Shown here: positions 8,550 through 18,393 of the stretch, one piece after another
How the letters are laid out: each line of letters opens with the position of its first letter
Position numbering within the stretch: the stretch's first letter is position 1
Assembly: GCA_028688415.1 (NCBI GenBank)
Contig: JAQTYF010000001.1
Coordinates: 336,627 to 400,626, forward strand
DNA: 64,000 bases
DNA from: Candidatus Moraniibacteriota bacterium
GTDB taxonomy: Bacteria; Patescibacteriota; Minisyncoccia; Moranbacterales; UBA1568
Reading direction: 5' to 3'
The notes under the pieces: model-generated
Databases searched by the model: none
What the model saw: the letters and a program-made list of their open reading frames with translations, nothing else
What the model was told of the DNA's origin: nothing
Program-made: the position numbers and the translations under genes

Positions 8550-9423
8550 AAGTATTCAATGATTCTATAATTGCCTTAGCGACAGCTTGTATGGCAGGAA
8601 CAGCTACAGCATTTCCAAGTTGCTTCATCGCCTGAGATTCTGATACTGGAAATTTATAACTACTTGGAAATCCCATCATTTTTTTACCTTCTATAGGAGT
8701 CAACTTTCTGACTTTTCCGTCCACAACATAAGAATCCCAATTTCTTCTGTCGTTTATACCCGAACCTCTGCCTCCAACTCTTAATGTATAACCAATTTCT
8801 TTTTCAACTTTTCCTCCGAATATATCAGACATTTTTTTCTTCAATTTCACTGGTTCAGGAAAAGAGAAAGGGATTTTCTTATTCTTAAAACCAACCATGA
8901 AAAGACGGGCTCTATGTTGAGGTAAATTAAAATCAGAGGCTTTAACTATTTTATAATGAAAGGAATACCCTAACTCTTCTTCTATCACTCTTTTTATTGT
9001 TGCGAACGTTTTACCATTATCGTGTTTCAACAAATGTCTTACATTCTCTATAAAAAATGCTTTCGGTTTTTTCTCTTTTATTATCCGAACAATGTTAAAA
9101 AAAAGTGTCCCTCTCGTATCTTCAAAACCTTTCTTGAATCCCGCTTGACTGAATGGCTGACAAGGAAAACCTCCTGTCAAAATATCAAAGTTTGGAATCT
9201 CTTTTGGTTTAACTTTTTCGATATCTCCTGCAAAATATCCTTTTTCAAACAATTCAGGTTCAACTTTCTTGAAGTTTGCTTCATAAGTCTTCCTTGCGGC
9301 ATCATTCCATTCACTAGAAAAAACACATTTTGCACCTGAATTTTTAAAAGCAATATGAAAACCTCCAATTCCAGCGAACAGATCTATGAATGTAATTTCT
9401 TTTTGAGCCTTTTTTTTGTGCAT
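8533..9423 (-). CDS. DNA (cytosine-5)-methyltransferase, M.HhaI-like
   Basis: Motif I FIDLFAGIGGF, motif IV GGFPCQPFSQAG, ENV (FIENVRHL), and a C-terminal QLGNAV. Long stretches align by eye with M.HhaI (GFEDTRGTLFFNIVRIIKEKKPKAFFIENV vs GFEDSRGTLFFDIARIVREKKPKVVFMENV), but the target-recognition domain is shorter. Confidence 0.8.
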   Translation of the reverse strand: MHKKKAQKEITFIDLFAGIGGFHIAFKNSGAKCVFSSEWNDAARKTYEANFKKVEPELFEKGYFAGDIEKVKPKEIPNFDILTGGFPCQPFSQAGFKKGFEDTRGTLFFNIVRIIKEKKPKAFFIENVRHLLKHDNGKTFATIKRVIEEELGYSFHYKIVKASDFNLPQHRARLFMVGFKNKKIPFSFPEPVKLKKKMSDIFGGKVEKEIGYTLRVGGRGSGINDRRNWDSYVVDGKVRKLTPIEGKKMMGFPSSYKFPVSESQAMKQLGNAVAVPAIQAVAKAIIESLNTYDKRK

Positions 9424-9470
9424 GTTGATATTTTAAGCTTCCTAGATTATCGACAATATTATCACGATTC

Positions 9471-10247
9471 TTAACTCCAATCAAATGATTGATTTTCTAA
9501 TTTGAACAGAGTTTTCATGCTTTGATATATATCTTTTGTTACTATGACATGGTCAAAAATCGGCATATCAAGTATCTTTCCTGCGTGCACCAATTTCTTC
9601 GTCATTTCCACATCTTCCGGGGAAGGTTCGAGGTCTCCTGATGGATGATTGTGAGCGATGATGATACTCGCAGAGTGGAGAGCGACTGCTGGTTCGAATA
9701 CTTCTCTCGGATGGACGAGGCTCGCATTGAGCGTGCCGATAGAGATGATTTGTCGTTCGATGAGACGATTTTGTGTATCAAGATAAAACGCAACAAAATG
9801 TTCTTTCTTCGAATCACGAAAATCCATACATGATTTCCATACATCCTCCGGAGAGAGTATTTCTTGATTGCGATTCGATTGCAGACGCTTTCCTAATTCG
9901 ATGACGGCAATTATTTGAGAGGCCTTCGCTTTTCCGAGTCCCCTTGTTTTGAGAAGTTCCTCAAAGGTTATTTTCTCTGCTCCGTCTCGTATGAGCATTT
10001 TGAGAATTCTCTTGGATAATTGGAGAACATTCAGCCCCTTCGTACCTGATCCGAGGAGAATGGCAAGGAGTTCATAATCTGCCAATTTCTCTGTACCATA
10101 TCTTGCGAGCTTTTCTCTCGGCAGATCAACTTTCGGCAAATCTTTTATCTTCGACATATTTTTTGTCTCAATAACAGCAAAATACGGCATCTTCCAAATC
10201 TCCCCACCTCTCCAATCTACTCCTTTTTCTCTCTCTCGTAAACCCAC
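9471..10247 (-). CDS. radC: RadC-like JAB/MPN-domain protein (UPF0758)
   Basis: HhH-like N-terminal region and a C-terminal HNHPSGDLEPSPEDVEMTKKL JAMM-type motif. Confidence 0.7.
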   Translation of the reverse strand: MGLREREKGVDWRGGEIWKMPYFAVIETKNMSKIKDLPKVDLPREKLARYGTEKLADYELLAILLGSGTKGLNVLQLSKRILKMLIRDGAEKITFEELLKTRGLGKAKASQIIAVIELGKRLQSNRNQEILSPEDVWKSCMDFRDSKKEHFVAFYLDTQNRLIERQIISIGTLNASLVHPREVFEPAVALHSASIIIAHNHPSGDLEPSPEDVEMTKKLVHAGKILDMPIFDHVIVTKDIYQSMKTLFKLENQSFDWS

Positions 10248-10334
10248 CGTCTGAAAAAAATATTGTGGTGAGATAAGGAAAACAAGCCAAAATATGGCTT
10301 GTTTGGAAGTATCTGAGGAAAAGTGTCCGCCTCT

Positions 10335-11762
10335 CTACTTCTTACTGTTCTTGCGACGGCGAAGGAGAGCTCCAGCGGTCTTGAAACAGACGAGAATATC
10401 GAGCCAGAGCGACCAGTTCTCGATATAGAACACATCGAGATGGAACTCGTCTTCGAAAGCGAGATCAGAGCGTCCGGACACCTGTGCCATACCCGTCACG
10501 CCTGGTTTGATAGTGAGCAAGCGACGATGATACTCGGAATAGCGTGCGACTTCACGTTCCTGATGAGGTCGTGGACCAACGAGACTCATACTCCCCTCGA
10601 GAACATTGAAAAATTGTGGAAGCTCATCGAGTGAGAATCGTTCGATGAAGGCACCAACTCGCATCTTGCGTGGATCATCCTTGATCTTGTAGAGAACCCC
10701 TCCCTGACGTGTATTGCGTTCTACGATGAGTTTCTGCTCATACGCCATCGCTTCATCGAGATGCTTGTTCTCATCCGTGATGCAGTATTTCCAGAGCATA
10801 TAACGGAATTTGTAGACAAGAAATTTCTTGCCATTTTCTCCGATACGTTCGTTCTTGTAAATGATGGGACCATCTGGGTCTTCGAGTTTGATAAGAAGAG
10901 CGATAATCGCCATAAACGGTGAAAAGAGCACGAGCAAAACAAATCCAGCAATGAGATCGTAAATGCGTTTCAGTACCCGTCCCCAACCATCGAGCGGTGT
11001 ATGCTGAAACTCGATAATCGGTTCGCCATTGAATATCTGCATCGAAAAATTGGTTGTCTGGAGTACGGTCGGAAAATATCGATAGAGAATATTGTTGATC
11101 TGACAGTAGTCGAAGAGTTTTGCTTGTTCGTCGTCGGTAATGGACGTGTCACCGATGATGATTTCATCGATACCCTTCATCTGTCGAATGTCCTTGATAT
11201 GAGAAACACTGGCATCATCAATATGGTCGACGACTCGATAACCGAGTTCTTTTTTCATTTGCAAGAAAGTTTTCATTTTTTCCATCTTGGCATTGAAGCC
11301 GATCAGAAGTACACGATGCATACCGATGCCTTTGTTCACGAGGAGCCACTTCTGGATACGCTGGATGACATATCGGGCGGAGACGACATAGATAACGGCA
11401 AAAAACCAACCAATGATAATGACGAAACGAGAAGAAAACCATTCCCTATTGAGAAACACAGCGACAATCAATATGATGAGTCCGAGCGTGATAGATTTGG
11501 CAACGCCATACGCTTCTTGCCAGAATCGTCGTGTCACTCGCATCCGATACAGACCCTCGAGAGCGAGGATAAAAATGAAGAAAGGCGCTACGGTAAATGC
11601 AAAGTCGAGATAATCATTGAACGTCAGGTTGAACACGCGAGAGACATAGCTCTCAAATATCGGTAGTCCACGAAGAAAATAGGCAGTAATAGCTGCCAAG
11701 ACAATCATAGCGAAGTCCACAGGGACCTGAATACTACTGAAGAATATTTCTGAACGTTTCAC
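10335..11762 (-). CDS. polyprenyl-phosphate sugar phosphotransferase (WbaP/bacterial sugar transferase family)
   Basis: N-terminal multi-TM region, then the C-terminal bac_transf domain ([32 protein letters not shown]). Confidence 0.75.
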   Translation of the reverse strand: MKRSEIFFSSIQVPVDFAMIVLAAITAYFLRGLPIFESYVSRVFNLTFNDYLDFAFTVAPFFIFILALEGLYRMRVTRRFWQEAYGVAKSITLGLIILIVAVFLNREWFSSRFVIIIGWFFAVIYVVSARYVIQRIQKWLLVNKGIGMHRVLLIGFNAKMEKMKTFLQMKKELGYRVVDHIDDASVSHIKDIRQMKGIDEIIIGDTSITDDEQAKLFDYCQINNILYRYFPTVLQTTNFSMQIFNGEPIIEFQHTPLDGWGRVLKRIYDLIAGFVLLVLFSPFMAIIALLIKLEDPDGPIIYKNERIGENGKKFLVYKFRYMLWKYCITDENKHLDEAMAYEQKLIVERNTRQGGVLYKIKDDPRKMRVGAFIERFSLDELPQFFNVLEGSMSLVGPRPHQEREVARYSEYHRRLLTIKPGVTGMAQVSGRSDLAFEDEFHLDVFYIENWSLWLDILVCFKTAGALLRRRKNSKK

Positions 11763-11886
11763 CCTATTAGAATTAACAGATTATATATCACGAATACCCT
11801 GATAATAAACGTACCCTATTGAATAATCGACATTACATTTTATAGCCAAAAAATTCTAACAGGGCGAGTTTTCTGAAATAATATTT

Positions 11887-12262
11887 ATCGTTCTTTTCCA
11901 AAACAGACCTATAAGCCGGATTCTGTCTCTCCTTTGCAGAAGAGGATCATCATTTCTCTTGGTATGCCGTTGCCGACACACTCTTGGCGGTTCTCTCCGA
12001 TTGCTCAGAGCACGACCTTGCACTCGGGTAAGGATTTAGCTGTTGCATCCCCTATGTTTCCATAGGACTGAACCCTTGCAGGTCCTCTCCTCTCTTTCGG
12101 GAGGAGACATCTCTGTTCGCACCTCGCACCTCACGGTGTATGGGAATTACCCATTACCTGCTGTCAACCGAAGTTGGCGAGTGTCCGGACTTTCCTCACT
12201 CCTGTTCCTTGCGAAACAGGTCGCGCGATAATCCAATCTGTTCTGGAAAAGAACGACAAATC
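11887..12262 (-). ncRNA. rnpB: RNase P RNA (bacterial type A), not represented in the ORF track
   Basis: Minus-strand reading contains GAGGAAAGTCCGGAC (CR-I), ACAGAATCCGGCTTATAGG (CR-IV/V), a P3 hairpin cctgtttcgcaaggaacagg, and a ~20-bp P1 helix pairing the 5' end (tcgttcttttccagaacaga) with the 3' end (tctgttttggaaaagaacga). Length is ~375 nt. The ORF-track ORFs 12043..12231 (+) and 12164..12490 (-) here are spurious. Confidence 0.75.
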
Positions 12263-12326
12263 ATTCAAAATAGGCACAATTACAATTATAGCACAAAAAC
12301 TCATTTTTGTCCATAATAAAACTCGT

Positions 12327-14738
12327 TTAGAGGCGTAAACGAGCGTCAAATCGTTCACTGGCCAAAGCAACAATCCGGTCAAAAGCGTCGTCCATCTCCT
12401 GACTGGAGAGTGTCCGGTCAGAAGCGCCGAAAGAGAGATGGAATGCGAGACGCTTCTCATCATCTTGTTCGTACAAATCAAAAAGTTCACATTTCTGAAG
12501 CAGTGGCGATCCGACTTCTTCGAGAAATTGTCGCACTTCTGCTACCGTCACCTTCCGTCCACTGACAGATGGAAAGGTGAGCGAAATATCGCGAACAGCG
12601 TAAGGAAACTTCTGAAGTGGAGTAAAAATTCTTTCCTGATTCTGGAGTTGTCCGAGCGTGACGGTATCTATCTCTGCTACTGCGAGACGTGATTCGAGAC
12701 CGTAGGCTTTCAGTGTTTTCGGATGGAGTTCGCCGACGATACCGCAGACCTTCCCCTGGGCGACGAGCACAGCGCTCCGTGTCGGATGGAACATCGCGAG
12801 TGTCGGCAACACGCTCATATATTTTTCTGGTACTTCCCAGAGTATGGCGCGATTATCGATATGGAGGGTCTCACAAAGCTGTTCAACATGTCCCTTCATG
12901 ACAGAGAATGCATTTGTCTCAGAGTATCTTTTCTTGGAAAGCACGGTAACGAGGCCGAATGATTTGGTTTCAATCGGTATTTTTTTCTTGGTATCTTTGA
13001 TAAAAATACTCCCTGATTCAAATATATCAAACGTATCGAATGATCGGAGATTTTCCTTGGTCTTGCGAAGTAAGAGCGGAAGAAGTGTCATACGGAGATA
13101 CTTCTGATCAGGACTGAGTGGGTTCTCGAGTTCTAGGTGTTGTTCGAATGGAAGAGACGCTCCGACGATTTCTTTTTCTCCATAGAAAGAGTACGTCATG
13201 ATTTCATCAAACGATGAATGAGCGAGACACTGCTTCATTTCTCGTTCCAGTGTTTTCAGTGGATTGTTCGGTATCGTCTCAAGAGGGAGGAGTGGTGCGA
13301 CTGCGGGAACTTTGTCATACCCTCGCATACGGGCGATTTCTTCGACGAGGTCCCACTCATCACGCAGATCGGGACGACGAGTCGGGACTGTGACGTCGAG
13401 TGTGTCTTGATGCTGTATTTTCTTCACCGTCAATCCGAGTAATGCGAGATACTGAACAATCTCGAAAAGAGGTACAGAAGTTCCGAGTATGTTTGTGACG
13501 GTCGATATCGGAAGAAGAATCTTCCATGGTTTGGCAATTTTCGGATAGACATCTCGCATACCAATGAGCTTGCCTCCAGCAAGAGTCGAGACGAGAGCGA
13601 CGACTTCGTGAGCCACTTCTCCAGGCAGGTTCGGATCGAGACCGCGTTCGTATCGATAACTCGCATCCGTCGAGAGATTGTGTCTCGTCTTGGTACGACG
13701 AATCGTCGATGCATCAAAAGTCGCGATTTCAACAAAGATATTTTTTGTCTCAGTCGTGATACCAGAATATTTACCTCCCATCACACCTGCGAGTGCGAGC
13801 ACTTTTTTCGTATCGGTAATGACGAGATCATCAACGGTCAATTTCTTCACTTCACCAGTGAGAAGTGTCAGTTTTTCATTCTTCTTGGCCTTGCGAATGG
13901 TGATGGCAGGAGCGAGGGTATCCGTATCAAAGGCGTGTATCGGCTGACCAGTGAGAAGCATGATGTAGTTCGTCATATCGACGATGTTGTTTATCGGGCG
14001 GAGACCAGAGAGAATGAGTTTCACTTTGAGCCAGAGCGGTGATTCCCCTATCACGATATTGGTGAAAGCAAGTCCGAGATACCGTACGCATGCTTTCTTG
14101 TCATCGATAATCACTTTCGGTGAACGATTGTACGAAGGGATGCGGAGTGTGGTTTTCTTCTTCTCGACTACCTGTGGTGTGTGTCTATCGAGAGCAGAAA
14201 TCTCGCGTGCGAATCCTCGGAAAGCAATCGCGTCCGATCCTCGATCAGGCAGTACTTTCGCTTCGATAATCGTATCATCGAGACCGACAAAGTTCACAAA
14301 AGACGCACCGACAGGAGCATCCTCTGGAAGAACGAGTATTCCTGCATGATCATCACCGAGACCGAGTTCCCGAGCAGAGCAGACCATTCCACTCGATTCG
14401 ATACCACGGAGTTTCGCAACCGCAATATGGATACCTCCTGGGAGATCCGTCCCTGGGAGAGCGACGGCGACTTTCTGTCCTTCGGTAATATTGGGAGCAC
14501 CACACACGATCGTGCGAATATCTTTCTTGCCAACCTGGATCTGTGTCACGTGCAATTTATCAGCATCAGGATGCTGTGCCACCGAGAGGACGTGTCCAAT
14601 GATCACTCCTTCGATACCATGATTGAATTTCTCGATGCCCTCCACTTCAAAAGAATGCTTCAAAAGAAGTTTCGCGAGTTGGTCGGCATTTTTTTTGGTA
14701 CCGGAGAGTTCTTTGATGAATCGATATGGATAATGCAT
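12327..14738 (-). CDS. pheT: phenylalanine--tRNA ligase beta subunit
   Basis: 803 aa with a tRNA-binding N-terminal domain and B3/4 and B5 regions. It lies immediately downstream of pheS. Confidence 0.85.
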   Translation of the reverse strand: MHYPYRFIKELSGTKKNADQLAKLLLKHSFEVEGIEKFNHGIEGVIIGHVLSVAQHPDADKLHVTQIQVGKKDIRTIVCGAPNITEGQKVAVALPGTDLPGGIHIAVAKLRGIESSGMVCSARELGLGDDHAGILVLPEDAPVGASFVNFVGLDDTIIEAKVLPDRGSDAIAFRGFAREISALDRHTPQVVEKKKTTLRIPSYNRSPKVIIDDKKACVRYLGLAFTNIVIGESPLWLKVKLILSGLRPINNIVDMTNYIMLLTGQPIHAFDTDTLAPAITIRKAKKNEKLTLLTGEVKKLTVDDLVITDTKKVLALAGVMGGKYSGITTETKNIFVEIATFDASTIRRTKTRHNLSTDASYRYERGLDPNLPGEVAHEVVALVSTLAGGKLIGMRDVYPKIAKPWKILLPISTVTNILGTSVPLFEIVQYLALLGLTVKKIQHQDTLDVTVPTRRPDLRDEWDLVEEIARMRGYDKVPAVAPLLPLETIPNNPLKTLEREMKQCLAHSSFDEIMTYSFYGEKEIVGASLPFEQHLELENPLSPDQKYLRMTLLPLLLRKTKENLRSFDTFDIFESGSIFIKDTKKKIPIETKSFGLVTVLSKKRYSETNAFSVMKGHVEQLCETLHIDNRAILWEVPEKYMSVLPTLAMFHPTRSAVLVAQGKVCGIVGELHPKTLKAYGLESRLAVAEIDTVTLGQLQNQERIFTPLQKFPYAVRDISLTFPSVSGRKVTVAEVRQFLEEVGSPLLQKCELFDLYEQDDEKRLAFHLSFGASDRTLSSQEMDDAFDRIVALASERFDARLRL

Positions 14739-14785
14739 ACGTTTTTTCTTTTCTCATTACAAATAGCTTCCTCCTCTAAAAAAAT

Positions 14786-15847
14786 CTAAAACTGACGAAT
14801 AAGGCGGAGATCACCTGACATCAGGAGACGTATATCAGGAATCTTGTACTTCATCATCGCGAGACGAGTGAGACCGAATCCCCATGCGAATCCCTGATAC
14901 TGTCCACGCTTGTATCCTACTGATTCAAACACGTGCTGATTCACCATACCAGCACCACCGATCTCGAGCCAGCCAGTCTGCTTGCACGTCGGACATCCTT
15001 TCGCATCACAGATGATACAGCTGATGTCAAATTCGAATGACGGTTCCGTAAAAGGAAAGAAACTTGGCCTGAGACGCACAGAAACGTCTTTGCCAAAAAA
15101 TTTCCCAAAGAATGTTTCTGCAATGTATTTGAACGTCGCCACGGTCACTTTGCCCGGCTCATCTACCATGAGACATTCGAATTGATGAAAAGTAGACTCA
15201 TGAGAGGCATCAGTTGCTTCATTGCGGAACACTTTTCCTGGAACAATAATCCGAAATGGCGGTTTATTTTCCTTCATAAAACGGACTTGTACAGCAGAGG
15301 TTTGTGTTCTCGGTAGATAACGACTTTCTATATTCTTTCCTTTTTTCAATCCACCCTTCGTCTGGGCAAGCCAAAAAGTATCCTGCATATCGCGTGCCGG
15401 ATGATCAGTCGGAAAATTGAGGGAATCAAAATTATAGTGTTCTGTCTCTACTTCTGGTCCATCAGCGAGAGCAAAGCCCATCGAAGAAAAGATGTCCTGA
15501 ACTTCGTTTTCGAGAATGGTGATCGGATGAAGATGTCCAGTAGACATAGCAACACCAGGAGTCGTCACATCGATACGCTCCCCTTCCCAATCAATACTCT
15601 TTTCTGCAATAATATTTTTCGCTTCTTCGAAAATGCGATACAGAGTTTGCTTGGTCTGATTGCCGAGTGGACCGATGATTTTCTTTTCTTCGGGAGTGAG
15701 ATCCTTCAGTCCTTTCAGAATATCATTCAATTCGCTCTTGCGACCGAGATATTTCACCTCCCACGTTTCCAAAAGCACCATCGTAGACACTTCTGCGAGA
15801 GATAATTCCGCTTCTTCAGCAATTTTTTTGATTCGTTGTTGTAACAT
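14786..15847 (-). CDS. pheS: phenylalanine--tRNA ligase alpha subunit
   Basis: 353 aa with class II aaRS motifs (FRNE, FFPFTEPSFEFDI, GAGMV). Confidence 0.85.
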   Translation of the reverse strand: MLQQRIKKIAEEAELSLAEVSTMVLLETWEVKYLGRKSELNDILKGLKDLTPEEKKIIGPLGNQTKQTLYRIFEEAKNIIAEKSIDWEGERIDVTTPGVAMSTGHLHPITILENEVQDIFSSMGFALADGPEVETEHYNFDSLNFPTDHPARDMQDTFWLAQTKGGLKKGKNIESRYLPRTQTSAVQVRFMKENKPPFRIIVPGKVFRNEATDASHESTFHQFECLMVDEPGKVTVATFKYIAETFFGKFFGKDVSVRLRPSFFPFTEPSFEFDISCIICDAKGCPTCKQTGWLEIGGAGMVNQHVFESVGYKRGQYQGFAWGFGLTRLAMMKYKIPDIRLLMSGDLRLIRQF

Positions 15848-15873
15848 ACTGGTATTCTATCAGCTTTTGCAGT

Positions 15874-17088
15874 TTATTCAAAAATAACGCGGACGAAATC
15901 TTTTTTTCCGACACGCAGAACCTGGCGATCAAAACGTTCATCAAGAATCGTATTCACATCACTGATTTTTTCTTGATTGAGAGAGACCGCTCCTTGATCG
16001 ATCTTTCTCCGAGCATCTGATTTGCTCTCGGCGAGTCCGAATCCTGCCATCATATCAATCAGTTTCTCGCCCCGGTCAATCTTGATCTCGCGAACGTCTT
16101 CTGGAATGTGTCCTTTCGAGAATGTATCGATGAAATATTGTTTCGCTTTCTCTGCTTCTTCTTTTCCATGATAGAGTGTCACAATTTCTTCTGCGAGGCG
16201 AACTTTCGCATCGCGAGGATTGCCACCGGTCACGATTTCTTCGGCTCTCTTGGCAATCTCATCGAGCGAAACATACGTACAATCAACAAACATCTGTATA
16301 ATCATTTCATCGGAGAGGGCCATGGTCTTGCCAAACATATCTTGAGGAGAATCATTGAGTGCGATGTAGTTTCCTTCGCTCTTGCTCATTATTTTCTTCT
16401 TCGTTATCGGATGTTCGAGAAGTGTCGTCGCCAAGACAAATTTTTCTTTTTGATGGAAAATTTTCTGGAGCGTCCTCCCTGCGAGCATATTAAACGTCTG
16501 ATCCGTCCCTCCGACTTCGACATCGACATCCATAGCAACACTATCATACCCTTGAAGCAGTGGGTACAAAAATTCATTCAGATACACAGGATGACCGCTT
16601 TCTATTCGTTTCTCAAACATATCTCGTTCGAGCATTTGCTGTACGGTGAAATTCTGAGAAAGACCAATAACATCCCCGAGATTCATCTGTGCCAGCCACT
16701 CACTGTTTCTTTTGAGAAGTGCTGGATTTATCTTTGCATCAAAATCGAGTAATTTAGAAACCTGATCTTTCCAAGTCGCAATATTTTCTTCGACTTCTTC
16801 TTTGGTCAGTGCTCGTCTCTCAGTCGCACGTCCACTCGGATCCCCGAGCATCGCAGTGAAGTCACCAAACAGAACAATCACTTCGTGACCCAATTGTCGA
16901 AAACGTTCGAGCAACATAAAGTTAGTAGCGTGCCCCAAATGAAGTTGTGGCCCAGTAGCATCTGCTCCAATATAAATACGGAGCTTTTTATCACTCATCA
17001 AAACTTCTTTTAATTTTTCTTTGGACGGTAAAATATTTGCCACACTTCGTGTCAAAAGTTCTTCTATTTGTTGTTCTTTGTTCTCCAT
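15874..17088 (-). CDS. tyrS: tyrosine--tRNA ligase
   Basis: HIGH motif (QLHLGH), KMSKS motif (KKIMSKSEG), and a C-terminal S4-like domain. The alignment with TyrRS (GADATGPQLHLGH...FGDFTAMLGDPSG) is strong. Confidence 0.85.
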   Translation of the reverse strand: MENKEQQIEELLTRSVANILPSKEKLKEVLMSDKKLRIYIGADATGPQLHLGHATNFMLLERFRQLGHEVIVLFGDFTAMLGDPSGRATERRALTKEEVEENIATWKDQVSKLLDFDAKINPALLKRNSEWLAQMNLGDVIGLSQNFTVQQMLERDMFEKRIESGHPVYLNEFLYPLLQGYDSVAMDVDVEVGGTDQTFNMLAGRTLQKIFHQKEKFVLATTLLEHPITKKKIMSKSEGNYIALNDSPQDMFGKTMALSDEMIIQMFVDCTYVSLDEIAKRAEEIVTGGNPRDAKVRLAEEIVTLYHGKEEAEKAKQYFIDTFSKGHIPEDVREIKIDRGEKLIDMMAGFGLAESKSDARRKIDQGAVSLNQEKISDVNTILDERFDRQVLRVGKKDFVRVIFE

Positions 17089-17124
17089 AAAGATTTTTTA
17101 TTTCACCATTCGATTAACTCTGGA

Positions 17125-17451
17125 TCATTTGAGACCGAGTTTGGCTTTGGTCAGACGATACTGATCATCAGAAATCTGTCTTGCTTTGCGCATCGATTCG
17201 AGCGAGGCAAGGATTTCTGTTTTGTTCTTTTCGATATTTTTCGGTGTCATTGCCTTCTTCATCATCTTCTCTCGTTCTGCTGGACTCATATTCATGAGAC
17301 GCTTCATCGCAAAACGCTGAAACATATTCATATCTTTCATATCGGGCCAGCCCGCAGGAGCTACGCTTCCAGCGTTGCTGGCGGGCATCCCGGGGATAGT
17401 TGGGAGCTCTTCTTTGTTATCATCGTTCTTGCTGAAAGGATTCCATTTCAT
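17125..17451 (-). CDS. hypothetical small protein (108 aa), SHOCT-like C-terminus
   Basis: C-terminal QISDDQYRLTKAKLGLK resembles a SHOCT-type helical motif. It sits between secF and tyrS in the operon. Confidence 0.35.
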   Translation of the reverse strand: MKWNPFSKNDDNKEELPTIPGMPASNAGSVAPAGWPDMKDMNMFQRFAMKRLMNMSPAEREKMMKKAMTPKNIEKNKTEILASLESMRKARQISDDQYRLTKAKLGLK

Positions 17452-17490
17452 AAGTATGTAGATAGTTGATAAATGATAATTGATCTTGCG

Positions 17491-18387
17491 TTATCCTCGC
17501 ATCTTCATCTTATACCGTGTCACGAGGAGTGCCGATGCTACATAGATAGAAGAGTAGGTTCCGAATGCGACACCGATGAGTATTGCCAGTGCGAAGTATT
17601 TGATACTTTCTCCTCCGAACAAGACAATCGCTAGGAGTGTAACGATAACCGTAAACGAAGTATTGAAAGATCGTCCGAGGGTTTCATTGATTGAACGATT
17701 GACCGTAATCTCAAAATCTTCTTTTTTGTTCGAGCGGAGGAGATTCTCACGGATACGATCATAGACGACAATGGTATCATTGACGGAATAACCGAGAATA
17801 GTGAGAAGTGCTGCCACAAAAGGAACACCGATTTCTACGCCATAAAATTCTCCCAAGAAAGAGAACACACCAATCGTAACGATAATATCATGCGCCAGTG
17901 CAATAATAGCACCCAATCCATATTCCCATGATCCTACGAGTCCAGACACACGACGGAAAGCCCAGGCAATATAGAGAGCGATACCGATGATAGAGAGGAT
18001 GATACCGATGATTGCTTGTTTCTTGATTTGTTCGGAAACCGATCCGCCAATAAAGTCTGTGCGGAGAAGGAGAATATTTTCATCAAAACTCTGAAGCTTT
18101 TCCAATACCTGTTCATTCGCCACTTCATCAGATGCCAGATAGCGAAGAAAGAGAGACCTCTCTCCTGTCGGTTGTATCGTCAGACTTTGGAGGGAAAATG
18201 GGGCAAGCGATTCTGTGATCACACCTATAGCAGGCACTGTTTCAGAGAATTGCACTTCCATCAGCGTTCCTCCTTTGAAATCAATACCGAGGTTCAGTCC
18301 CCAGACAAAAAGCGCTCCAATGCTCAAGAAAACAGCTCCGAGTGAGAAAATGTACAGGTAAACTCTTTTTTGAATAATATTTATCAT
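17491..18387 (-). CDS. secF: protein translocase subunit SecF
   Basis: 298 aa, 6 TM helices, Sec_GG-type N-terminus (GIDFKGGT), immediately downstream of secD. Confidence 0.85.
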   Translation of the reverse strand: MINIIQKRVYLYIFSLGAVFLSIGALFVWGLNLGIDFKGGTLMEVQFSETVPAIGVITESLAPFSLQSLTIQPTGERSLFLRYLASDEVANEQVLEKLQSFDENILLLRTDFIGGSVSEQIKKQAIIGIILSIIGIALYIAWAFRRVSGLVGSWEYGLGAIIALAHDIIVTIGVFSFLGEFYGVEIGVPFVAALLTILGYSVNDTIVVYDRIRENLLRSNKKEDFEITVNRSINETLGRSFNTSFTVIVTLLAIVLFGGESIKYFALAILIGVAFGTYSSIYVASALLVTRYKMKMRG

Positions 18388-18393
18388 ATTCTT

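Noticed and set aside
12043-12490. ORF-track ORFs 12043..12231 (+) and 12164..12490 (-)
   Set aside because: They lie inside the RNase P RNA gene and the 3' end of pheT. GC-rich structured RNA routinely yields spurious open frames.
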